Shown in pieces: positions 26,640 to 35,595 of a stretch of DNA of 64,000 bases. Numbering within the stretch: position 1 is the stretch's first letter; the number at the start of each line of letters is the position of its first letter. The notes under the pieces were generated by a model that worked only from the letters and a program-made list of their open reading frames with translations, had not been told where the DNA came from and ran no database searches. Where the stretch lies: positions 2,924,464-2,988,463 of the forward strand of contig CP070761.1 of NCBI GenBank assembly GCA_020348985.1, read 5' to 3'. The DNA comes from Candidatus Thorarchaeota archaeon. Its GTDB lineage: Archaea > Asgardarchaeota > Thorarchaeia > Thorarchaeales > Thorarchaeaceae. Both the position numbers and the translations under genes were made by a program.

Positions 26640-27803
26640 CTATTCGGATGCCTTCAGGTCTTCCAATTCCTTCTCTTTCTTCTCAAGTTTCTTCTTGAGA
26701 CTCTCAAGGCGTTTGTCAAGTTTATCCGCTTGCTCTTGATAGCTTTCCGTGGGCATTGCACCAGAGGAGTGTCTCTGTTCTATGTGTTCTCGGAGCTGTC
26801 CAACGGACTTCAGTTCCTTCTTCAATGCCTTCACATCATCCTTCAATTCGCCTTCTTTCGATTCTTCGTCCGATTGGAACTGCTTTGCTGGTATCATCAC
26901 CCCAAGCTGACCCTGAGTCTTCTCAGCAAAGTCTTGGAACTGGTCTCTAAGCTTCTCAATGTTGTCCTCCACACTCGACACATGTTTACTGACCTTTTCA
27001 ATGTCCTTCTGGAGGTCAAATACTGCATCAACAAGCCTTCGTAGCGTGGACTCGAACTCCTTCGATACTGATGGCATCGGGGTTTCCTCCTTCTTCTTCT
27101 GCTCCTCAGCCACTTTACTCGGTTTTGGCGTGACAACCTGGTCACCAAGCCATCTGAATGCATTTACAGCGAACGTTTTATTCCCGGGATGCTGAAGACC
27201 TCCGCCTCTCCTGAAGATCTCATAGCTGCCTACACACAGGATTCTACCTTTACCATGCTCAGCTACCGCAATTACGGGTTGCTTTGGCGGGTCCGCAGTG
27301 TCAGAAGTGCAGGCAATCACCGTCGCTTTCTCGGTGACTTTCAGAGTACAGCCTGAAGGAATCAGAAGCTCTCGGACATCATCAGTTATTGGATGAGCGG
27401 TTATATCAGAAATAATCGGCATAGTCGGAAGCCCTGCGTTGTTCCTTTCATCCTTAATTGCAGTGTTCTCAAATGATATCCCGAAGCCTTCAGAGATCTT
27501 GCTCATGTTGTTCATCAGGCCGCGATCCCCTCCAGAGAGTGAGAGAAGGAAGAGGCCGCCCCCGTTCTCCACAAACCGCTTCAGCGTGTCAACCTCGGGC
27601 TGACGTAGCTTGGAGCTATTGGGACAACCAAAGACAAGCACCTTGCACTCTGCTATCTTCTTTGCCAGTATCATATATTCAGAATAGGGCATGGCCTCAA
27701 TGTCGTTATCTTTTAGGAGCTGTGCCAACTCAGAGTATGTCGAGTCCAGCCTTCCACGCTCATTCTGGGTTTGGTCAAAGAAGACTCTCATTCCTGAACT
27801 CAT
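26640..27803 (-). CDS. Cytoplasmic GIFT/IFT52-like domain + coiled coil + steadiness-box-like tail
   Basis: VFFDQTQNE...YSEL...LVFGCP...E...LKRFVENGGGLFLL...GG...N....FGI; GRILCVGS..IF; N..FA.NAFRWL; no signal peptide. Confidence 0.7.
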   Translation of the reverse strand: MSSGMRVFFDQTQNERGRLDSTYSELAQLLKDNDIEAMPYSEYMILAKKIAECKVLVFGCPNSSKLRQPEVDTLKRFVENGGGLFLLSLSGGDRGLMNNMSKISEGFGISFENTAIKDERNNAGLPTMPIISDITAHPITDDVRELLIPSGCTLKVTEKATVIACTSDTADPPKQPVIAVAEHGKGRILCVGSYEIFRRGGGLQHPGNKTFAVNAFRWLGDQVVTPKPSKVAEEQKKKEETPMPSVSKEFESTLRRLVDAVFDLQKDIEKVSKHVSSVEDNIEKLRDQFQDFAEKTQGQLGVMIPAKQFQSDEESKEGELKDDVKALKKELKSVGQLREHIEQRHSSGAMPTESYQEQADKLDKRLESLKKKLEKKEKELEDLKASE

Positions 27804-27913
27804 TCAGATCACCGAGTTGTCGACATGCATGAGCAAAGCATGCGTTAAGAGATTTGTGCAGACTAAGTCATCACTTCGAATCTTTTATCACAATGCAAAC
27901 CTGCTTTCAGACT

Positions 27914-28345
27914 ATGAGTCAATCCTCAGACTGCATCTTCTGCAAAATCGTAAAAGGCGAAATACCTGCCTCAGTTGTCTTTGAAGACGAGCACGTGATG
28001 GCGTTCATGGACATATTTCCAATTGCGGAAGGACATATACTTCTCATCCCGAAGGATCACTATACAAACATGCTTGATATCGATCTTGAGTTGTTGCCGC
28101 ATCTGGCAAGGAGACTGGCTTTGCTAACTCGACAGGTTGACAAGGCATTCAATGTTGGAGGTGTCATGAACATCGCTGCAAACGGTGCAGGCGCAGGTCA
28201 GGAGATACCTCATCTCCACTTCCATGTGATTCCTCGGGGCAGGGACGCCAACTACGGTTTCCGGTTTCCTCCTGGCTACCGAGAGGAAATGGCTCCGCGA
28301 GAAAAGCTCGAATCAATCGCCAAGAAGATCCAAGAAGCTGCATAG
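27914..28345 (+). CDS. HIT family hydrolase
   Basis: DCIFCKI, GH.L.IPK.H, AGQEIPHLHFHVIPR. Confidence 0.95.
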   Translation: MSQSSDCIFCKIVKGEIPASVVFEDEHVMAFMDIFPIAEGHILLIPKDHYTNMLDIDLELLPHLARRLALLTRQVDKAFNVGGVMNIAANGAGAGQEIPHLHFHVIPRGRDANYGFRFPPGYREEMAPREKLESIAKKIQEAA

Positions 28346-28378
28346 GCTGCTCGGTTTTGCCCACAGTCGGTTCAAAGA

Positions 28379-28819
28379 CTACTTGGGCAAGTTGAGCAGA
28401 TTCAATCCAGTAGGGCCATCTATCGCGCGTTTCAGTTCGTCGTCTAGTTCTGTCAGAAATAGCTCGATTGTAACTGATACTTCACATCCTTGCATCACAT
28501 GACCGCCAAAGCAGTTTCCTTCCCGGTCCGAAACGACCATGTGTGCATGTACAGCCACTAATCCGTCTCCCGAAAGGGCCACATTGCCCGTAAGCGATAC
28601 AACTTCTAGGTTTTTCTCGATGTCATAGCTGAGGTATTCCTTTGTCTCCATGTCAAAGAAACCCAAGCGTGCCTTGGAAATGGCTCCAATGCCAAAGAAC
28701 TGGGCCGCTTTGATTTCATTTTCAATGGCAATAGAAGAAATAGCATCAATTGTGTCTTCACCAGGCAGCAGGCGAGACACTAGGACTCGCCGTGCCTTGG
28801 TTGTAATTGTCCGAACCAT
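28379..28819 (-). CDS. DUF296/PPC domain protein
   Basis: RL.PGED, GIGA, EVVSLTGN, HAH, GGH, ELF; start at MVRT (28819). Confidence 0.9.
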   Translation of the reverse strand: MVRTITTKARRVLVSRLLPGEDTIDAISSIAIENEIKAAQFFGIGAISKARLGFFDMETKEYLSYDIEKNLEVVSLTGNVALSGDGLVAVHAHMVVSDREGNCFGGHVMQGCEVSVTIELFLTELDDELKRAIDGPTGLNLLNLPK

Positions 28820-28925
28820 GTTGCCACTGAAAGCAACCTCTCTAATGAAGGGCTCGCAGCCACCTTCATTGTGCTTTTGGGAAGCGCTTATCAGGATAGG
28901 TCCGCCCACGAATGCTTGAGACATC

Positions 28926-31730
28926 TTGAGCAACGAAAAGGATGATAGGGAAGAAGGCCAGTCAAGCCTGGAGGACTTCTTCGCTTCCACAAACGGTCAT
29001 GATGGAAGGCCTAATGAGACGAATAAGGCGGAAGAATCTAGGGATTCCCACAAGAAGACATCTGAATCAGATATTACTGCCAAGAACGCTCAAGATGACG
29101 GAGAGGAAACAACTGAGGATGAGCTTGACGAAGACGTTGACGTCGCTCCGATGGACCGTGTAGGAAAGCTCGACACGCCGAAAGATCTTCCTCCATCCTA
29201 CCTGCTCTCGGTTGATTATGCTGGTCCCGAAAGAAAGGCTATCATCCGATTGTACAACCCGGAAAAGAAGAAGATCTACTTTTGGTTTGACAACACAGGG
29301 CATAAACCCTTCTGCTATACTGACCTTCCCGTTCAGGCCGCTGAATCAATAGCTAGGCGCCATCAAGGGTTCATTAGTGCAGAAGAAGTCGAGCTCATCG
29401 ACCTGTTGAGTGATGAGAAACGGAAAATGACGAAGATTTCTGCTAGTGATCCCTTGGCTATTGGTGGCGCACCTGGGGCTATCCGTGAGATGCTGAAGGG
29501 TGCTTCGGGTCCTGACGGTGTGGAAATCAGCCGCGCCTGGGAAGCCAATATCCGATACAGAAACTGCTATTCCTATGACCAGGAGATTGCCTCAGGACTT
29601 TTGTACAAGATTGAGAACGGAGATCTTCTTTCAGTCATTCCTGAGATTGACAAGCAAATCATGAAGGAATTCCGGGCCGCCTTTGCTAATGAATCCGAAC
29701 TGGAGGGGATCATGGAGACCTATTCACCCATGTTCTTCACTGAGGTGCCTGACATCCGAAGGATTGCGGTTGATATCGAGGTCTATACTCCTGTCAAGAA
29801 TAGAATTCCTGATGCTGTGACTGCTCCCTATCCAATCACAGCAATAGGGCTGTGTGACAATGAAGGCTACAACAAGTGTTTCTTGTTGAGGCGGAAAGGT
29901 CACCCAGAGGGGAAGAAAGGAAAGGACTATCCTAAAGAGCTTGAGGTAGTCTTCTTTGACGATGAGAAAGAGATGCTCATAGAGGCATTCAGAATCATCG
30001 ATGACTATCCGATTGTTTTGTCATTTGTTGGCGATGCTTTTGATCTCAACTACCTATATCATCGTGCGCAGAAGATCAATATCGACATGGACAAACACTG
30101 TCCTATACGGCTTGGCCGAGATGTTGCATTACTTAGGCGCGGGATTCATGTTGACCTTTACAGATTCCTCAAGAATCCGTCAATTCGACTCTATGCCCTG
30201 TCCGGTGCGTATGAAGGGTACAATCTTGATTCGATAGCTAGGGGGCTCCTGGACTATGGAAAGCTCGAGCTAAGTGATGACATCTCCTCGTTGCCGTACT
30301 ATGAGCTTGCACACTATTGCTGGAGAGATGCAAACATCAATCTCCGAATCACACAATTCGATGACAATTTGCTTCTCAGGCTGATCATACTGCTCATGAG
30401 AATCTCGCGCCTATCCATGGAGGATGTCACTCGTCTAGGCATATCTTCGTGGATTCAATCCCTGTTTCGGCAGGAGCATAGGTCTCATAACTACCTTATT
30501 CCCCGACAGATTGACATTCAGATTGCCAAGTCGCCAGACGCGCACACTGAAGCTACGATCAAGGACAAGGCATTCAAAGGTGCAATTGTCATCGAACCTG
30601 TTGCGGGTGTACACTTCAATGCCACTGTACTAGATTTTGCCAGCCTGTATCCTACAATCATGAAAAAACACAACATTAGCTACGAGACAGTAGATTGTCC
30701 TCATGAAACCTGCCGCACAGACCCCCGTCGCCAGGTGCCTGAAACCGGCCATTGGACCTGCAAAGAACGTCGAGGAATGATTTCGCAGACCATCGGCTTC
30801 TTCAGAGACACGAGAGTGAAGTGGTTCAAATCAAAGAGCAAGGACCCCAAACTCAATGAAGCTACAAAGGCTTGGTATTCTGTTGTTGAGAAGGCGTTGA
30901 AAGTATTCGTCAACGCATCCTACGGCGTCACAGGGGCTCAACACTTCGAGCTTTTCTGCATGCCGGCCGCAGAGAGCGTGACGGCCTACGGAAGGAATGC
31001 CATTATCAAAGCAAAAGAGAAAGCTGAGTCGATGGGCATTCGAGTCCTCTACGGTGATACTGACTCGGTCTTTCTTGATAGTCCCTCTGTAGAACAACAG
31101 CAAGAGCTGATTGAATGGTCGAGGGGGGAGCTCGGAATTGATCTGGAAGTCGAGAAGACCTACAAATACGTAGCATTATCCGAAAGGAAGAAGAACTACA
31201 TAGGCGTCTATCCTTCTGGCTATGTTGAAGTAAAAGGGCTAAGCGGCAAGAAGAGAAACACACCCGACTTTGCTCAAGATGCCTTCAGACAGATGCTTGA
31301 GATCCTGAGCAAGGTAGATTCTGTTGAGGGTTTTGAGTCTGCAAAAGAGGAAGTCCGCGAGGTAATCAATTGTGTTCTTGATAGACTCGAAGGAAAGGCA
31401 GATCCGTATTCCCCGGAAGAACTGGCATATCGTGTTCAGATGACTAAGCCACTCAGTCAGTATGGCAAAACTGTTCCTCAGCATGTCAGGGCAGCAAAGA
31501 TTCTGAGAGAAGCAGGTCACGATGTGCCACCCGGCACAATCGTTGAATACATCAAGGTGAAGGGTGACCCTTCTGTAATTCCTGTTCCTCTTGCCCTAGA
31601 GGCAAGCTACTGGATAGACAAGGATAAGTATCTAGACACTTTGAGGTCTGTTTTTGAGCAGGTTTTGGATTCAGTAGGTATCGACTTCGAGGAGCTGCTC
31701 GGATTCACAACGCTCGACCAGTTCTTCTGA
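28926..31730 (+). CDS. polB: Family B DNA polymerase (PolB1-like)
   Basis: Exonuclease DIEV and FDL.YL; polymerase motifs LDFASLYPT, K...NASYG, YGDTDS, KKNY.G; YFWFDNTGHKP resembles PolB1. Confidence 0.95.
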   Translation: MSNEKDDREEGQSSLEDFFASTNGHDGRPNETNKAEESRDSHKKTSESDITAKNAQDDGEETTEDELDEDVDVAPMDRVGKLDTPKDLPPSYLLSVDYAGPERKAIIRLYNPEKKKIYFWFDNTGHKPFCYTDLPVQAAESIARRHQGFISAEEVELIDLLSDEKRKMTKISASDPLAIGGAPGAIREMLKGASGPDGVEISRAWEANIRYRNCYSYDQEIASGLLYKIENGDLLSVIPEIDKQIMKEFRAAFANESELEGIMETYSPMFFTEVPDIRRIAVDIEVYTPVKNRIPDAVTAPYPITAIGLCDNEGYNKCFLLRRKGHPEGKKGKDYPKELEVVFFDDEKEMLIEAFRIIDDYPIVLSFVGDAFDLNYLYHRAQKINIDMDKHCPIRLGRDVALLRRGIHVDLYRFLKNPSIRLYALSGAYEGYNLDSIARGLLDYGKLELSDDISSLPYYELAHYCWRDANINLRITQFDDNLLLRLIILLMRISRLSMEDVTRLGISSWIQSLFRQEHRSHNYLIPRQIDIQIAKSPDAHTEATIKDKAFKGAIVIEPVAGVHFNATVLDFASLYPTIMKKHNISYETVDCPHETCRTDPRRQVPETGHWTCKERRGMISQTIGFFRDTRVKWFKSKSKDPKLNEATKAWYSVVEKALKVFVNASYGVTGAQHFELFCMPAAESVTAYGRNAIIKAKEKAESMGIRVLYGDTDSVFLDSPSVEQQQELIEWSRGELGIDLEVEKTYKYVALSERKKNYIGVYPSGYVEVKGLSGKKRNTPDFAQDAFRQMLEILSKVDSVEGFESAKEEVREVINCVLDRLEGKADPYSPEELAYRVQMTKPLSQYGKTVPQHVRAAKILREAGHDVPPGTIVEYIKVKGDPSVIPVPLALEASYWIDKDKYLDTLRSVFEQVLDSVGIDFEELLGFTTLDQFF

Positions 31731-31919
31731 AACGATGTCAGTCGCAGTCTATCCAAAAAAAGGCCGTTGATTTGCCAAATAGAAACCTACGAGACACGCC
31801 TCTGGAGCAATCATTGCGTGGAAAGCTGTCTTTTAGGTCAAATCTGATGTTCTTAATCTAGTGTATTAATTCACATTTCGTGATTCTACATAGAGATAGA
31901 GATTCCGTCCGAATAATAT

Positions 31920-32921
31920 GTGTGGAGATCAGACGTGCAAAAGACTTGGCCTTTGCTCATGGTGCTGTTCCTACTATTCGTAGCCACAGTCCCTGATCCT
32001 GGTGACGTGACACCAGGCCAAGACCTGCTCTTTGATCCAATCAACATAAGGGTCGAGATGGCCTCAGATGGGATCACTTTAGTCATAATCGAAACAAGAG
32101 TCACCAACATAGGCAACATTTCACGTTCGACGGTTGAGCTCCGATTGGAATCGCTCCAGATTACAAGAGTCTCAGCCCAGGTTGATGGGGAGGACGTAGA
32201 CACACTAGTAGTAGAAGTCGAGAGACACTCGATAGTGGTTGTTGAGGTCCCCGGTGGTCTTGCCCCTGATCAATCCCGATCGCTGTCTCTTGAGATTGAG
32301 TCCGGTGACATTCAAACCTCCTTCTCGCTTGCTAGTGGCAGCCAAAACCTGCGAGGCAGTCTACTCTTCTACTTTAAACCCAACTCACGAGTGGGCAATC
32401 TCAGCATGACTGCAGTCTTGCCTGTTCATGCGTCGCTGAACTACGAGTCTGTCACTCCTCTCTATCCGAATGCAAATCAGAATTTCACAGACGGAGAATC
32501 CCTTGTGTTTGTATGGTTTTTGGACGAGCTTCAGCCTGGTGAGGAGAAGATGTTTCTCGTCAGCTACGTGATTCCATATGTTCCGCCTGCCCAAGAGGGT
32601 CTCTCCATAACCGCGGCGTTTATTGCAGGGTTGTTAAGCGGTCTGGGTATACTGAGTGTCGTCGTATTCAGGCCTTCGCTTCCTACTAGAGCTGGCGACG
32701 ACAATGACGTTCCATTTGCGGGCCTCACATCCGAAGAGGAGACCATCCTAGGCTTGATTCGGGATAAGGGCGGATCCTGCTCACAGAAGGAGCTCTACAC
32801 TCAGCTGAGCATTTCCGAATCAAAGATCAGTCTGATTCTGAGGAATCTCGAAGAACGAGAGTTGGTGCGGCGTCTTCGTTCTGGGCGCGAGAACACTGTA
32901 CACCTGGTTGATAGCAAGTAG
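31920..32921 (+). CDS. Membrane protein with extracellular beta domain and C-terminal winged HTH (COG2512-like)
   Basis: N-terminal signal, one TM, then LTSEE..IL..I...GG...QKEL...L.ISESK.S.IL..LE...LV.R...GREN. Confidence 0.8.
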   Translation: MWRSDVQKTWPLLMVLFLLFVATVPDPGDVTPGQDLLFDPINIRVEMASDGITLVIIETRVTNIGNISRSTVELRLESLQITRVSAQVDGEDVDTLVVEVERHSIVVVEVPGGLAPDQSRSLSLEIESGDIQTSFSLASGSQNLRGSLLFYFKPNSRVGNLSMTAVLPVHASLNYESVTPLYPNANQNFTDGESLVFVWFLDELQPGEEKMFLVSYVIPYVPPAQEGLSITAAFIAGLLSGLGILSVVVFRPSLPTRAGDDNDVPFAGLTSEEETILGLIRDKGGSCSQKELYTQLSISESKISLILRNLEERELVRRLRSGRENTVHLVDSK

Positions 32922-33070
32922 GTTCTCTACTGATCAGTTTGAGATGGAGAGGCTGGTGGAAATAACCCACCAGCTTGTAGAGATAGGAGACTGGCGATTC
33001 TTGAGACCACCAGTCTCTCCGAATAATGGCAGTGGAGAATCACTGCAAGCCATTCTTTTCAGATTCTGTT

Positions 33071-33462
33071 TATAATGACTCTGAGCAGCGTAATGGCTTG
33101 CCTGCTTCAAATGGGTCCTATGAATGCCCATTTTCTCTGTGAATGGTTTATGAACACTTTGAACTCTTGGCGGCCCAAATTGATTGTTGTGATTATACAT
33201 TCGCTTTTCATCCCAGCTTTGATCCAACAACTGATTTTCTCAAGAATGGCTCTGAGGGGAAGACCTAGAAATCAAGTGCCCTTTTTTTGCAGGCCATACT
33301 TTGGGGTATTCGGTCTTTCATTATCAGGCTACGTTACCGGTCAAATCCATGGAAGGATTTCGATAAGAATTCAAAGCATCCATAAACTTTAATATGCCGA
33401 AAGGGGGCCTATCGGACCTTTTTTGAATCAGGCAAGCTCTTACTGAGTTCAGAGTCATTATA
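33071..33462. repeat. Segment bounded by a perfect 14-bp inverted repeat
   Basis: TATAATGACTCTGA at 33071-33084 and TCAGAGTCATTATA at 33449-33462. Confidence 0.6.
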
Positions 33463-33524
33463 TAACATTCAGCGTGAGCTGTCAATGTCCAACTCGACTC
33501 GGAAGAGGAGAATAGAGAAAAGAA

Positions 33525-35369
33525 ATGACAACCACTCGTGCTAAGAGGACAATTGCAATTACTCTCGTTCTTGCGTTCTCATTAATGGCAATCTCCCCGA
33601 TTTTTGCCGCGGCGCAACCGCCGCCGGCTTCCGACTGGAAGGTCGGTCCATATATCGACAAGATTGTCTTTGATGTTATTCAGCAAGACGACCAACGCAT
33701 ATTGGCCTTGCAGAACAATGAAATTGACATAATTGACAGCTTCATTGAACCGGATTTCGTGCCTGTTGTGGAAGCTACTGAGAATGTAGCAACAGCTTCC
33801 AACATCAGAAACGGCTATGGACTTGTTGACATAAACACTGCAAAGTATCCAATGAACATCACGAACTTCCGCCGAGCTGTTGCATTTGCCCTAGACAAAC
33901 AGGCAATCCAACAGGACATCTTCGAAGGACTTTCGAATGCGCATGACTCACTCGTTCCGGCTACGAACCCATTCTCCATTGAGGGACAGTTGCCCTATAC
34001 CTACTACGAGAGGAACGTAGATGAAGGCAACAGGCTTCTGGATCTTGAGGGCTTCGTTGACGTAGACCTTGATGGTTGGAGAGAAGCTCCAAACGGTGAG
34101 CCCTTTGACATTCTAGTCGAGGCTTCAACAACATCGAATGTTGCCCAGGAGGTAGGTACCTTCGTTGCTAGTGCTTTGACTGACATTGGTGTCAATGCTC
34201 GGATGGAGCCAACCGACTTCTACGAATACCTCAACAGGCTGTACTTCCATCTGGACTTTGACATGGTCTTCTATGCAAACACATGGGGTAGCTATGACAT
34301 CGATCAGATGATGCAGAACTACTGGGGCGATTATGTAGACGAGCCATATCAGAACTCAGTCAACTGGGTTAACGCTACCTACGACAGCTGGATGGACCAG
34401 CTACTCTACGGTGAGACCTTCGAGGAGGTATATGAGGCAGCAATTGAGATGCAGAAGATTTGGGTTTGGTCAGTACCGATGCTAGTCTGCTATGAGAACC
34501 AGTATATCTTTGCATTCCGTGATGACACGTTCACCGGTCATGTAAATGACCCACTAAGTGGAGCCGCAGGATTCTGGACCAACATGAAGGTCCAGCGGAC
34601 TGAGGGTGGTCCATTCGGAGGTACCTTCCGATGGGGACAGTCAATTGACATCAACACCTTCAACTACCTGGGATCAAGTAGCTCAGGCTACACTCAGGAT
34701 GTGCTAGAGAACATTGCGTGGGGCGCAGCAGCCCTTCAGATTGTAGACGGTGAAGGTTATTGGAGAAACTGGTTCGCTGAGGAAATCATCAGCGAGACAC
34801 ACGCCGATAACCCCGCAGTACCCGAGGGTTACAACCGATTCACAATAAACATGATCCAGAACGCAACTCACTCTGATGGAATGCCGGTTACTGCAGAGGA
34901 CGCAGCCTTCTCCCTGAACTTCTTCAGGGATGCACCGGGCAACTTCCTGGCTCCTCCGCTTGCGCGGATGACTGCAGCATACGCTCCAACCACATACTCA
35001 TTGGTAGTAGAGTTTGACACTGTGTCATACTGGAACCTCCACAACTTCGCGAATATACCGATTATTCCGAAGCACTTCTTCGAAAACATACCTATCGAGG
35101 AGTGGAACCTTTGGCAGCCTGACCCGGTAGCTGATGAATACATCACTCAAGGGCCATTCTATGTCAGTGACCGTGTAGAGGGTGAGTTCACAGAACTGAC
35201 CTACAACCCAGACTGGGTCTTTGCACCTGACAGAACTGCTCCAACGACCACGACAACCACCACACCACCTCCACCACCGGCTGACTTTACGATGGCAATC
35301 GTAGCTGGTGCTGTTGGCGCGGCTGTTGTAATTATGGTTGGCGGATATGTCCTAATGAGACAGAGATAG
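33525..35369 (+). CDS. ABC transporter substrate-binding protein, family 5 (OppA/DppA-like), circularly permuted, C-terminal membrane anchor
   Basis: FRRAVAFALDK, DGWRE, SDG.PVTAEDAAFS, GPF; Thr/Pro linker and C-terminal TM. Confidence 0.88.
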   Translation: MTTTRAKRTIAITLVLAFSLMAISPIFAAAQPPPASDWKVGPYIDKIVFDVIQQDDQRILALQNNEIDIIDSFIEPDFVPVVEATENVATASNIRNGYGLVDINTAKYPMNITNFRRAVAFALDKQAIQQDIFEGLSNAHDSLVPATNPFSIEGQLPYTYYERNVDEGNRLLDLEGFVDVDLDGWREAPNGEPFDILVEASTTSNVAQEVGTFVASALTDIGVNARMEPTDFYEYLNRLYFHLDFDMVFYANTWGSYDIDQMMQNYWGDYVDEPYQNSVNWVNATYDSWMDQLLYGETFEEVYEAAIEMQKIWVWSVPMLVCYENQYIFAFRDDTFTGHVNDPLSGAAGFWTNMKVQRTEGGPFGGTFRWGQSIDINTFNYLGSSSSGYTQDVLENIAWGAAALQIVDGEGYWRNWFAEEIISETHADNPAVPEGYNRFTINMIQNATHSDGMPVTAEDAAFSLNFFRDAPGNFLAPPLARMTAAYAPTTYSLVVEFDTVSYWNLHNFANIPIIPKHFFENIPIEEWNLWQPDPVADEYITQGPFYVSDRVEGEFTELTYNPDWVFAPDRTAPTTTTTTTPPPPPADFTMAIVAGAVGAAVVIMVGGYVLMRQR

Positions 35370-35384
35370 GACAACCTAGAATCA

Positions 35385-35414
35385 AGGGGACACAAGTCCC
35401 CTCCCCCTTTCTTT
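35385..35414 (+). terminator. Hairpin + pyrimidine tract after the oppA-like gene
   Basis: AGGGGAC-ACAA-GTCCCCT followed by CCCCCTTTCTTT. Confidence 0.55.
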
Positions 35415-35595
35415 CCAGCCCCACTTTGCTCATGCCTTAGAGAAATTGCAGATCTGTCCACCTTCAGTTTTGCACCATGTTCGCCACTGAATAATCACTC
35501 GGAGTACCTACCACGGAAATTCTTATAGCGCACGTACTCCTTCACGCATTGAAACGATAGCTCCTAGCTGCATTACTATCGACGGGGATGTCAGA

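Noticed and set aside
28820-28990. N-terminal extension of the DUF296 ORF
   Set aside because: Overlaps the polB start on the opposite strand; the domain begins at 28819
32934-33392. ORFs 32934-33230(-) and 33075-33392(+)
   Set aside because: No motifs, atypical composition and mutually overlapping; treated as non-coding
35240-35280. ACC/ACA-rich repeat (also at 57505-57540)
   Set aside because: Encodes Thr/Pro linkers of surface proteins; not an independent DNA repeat
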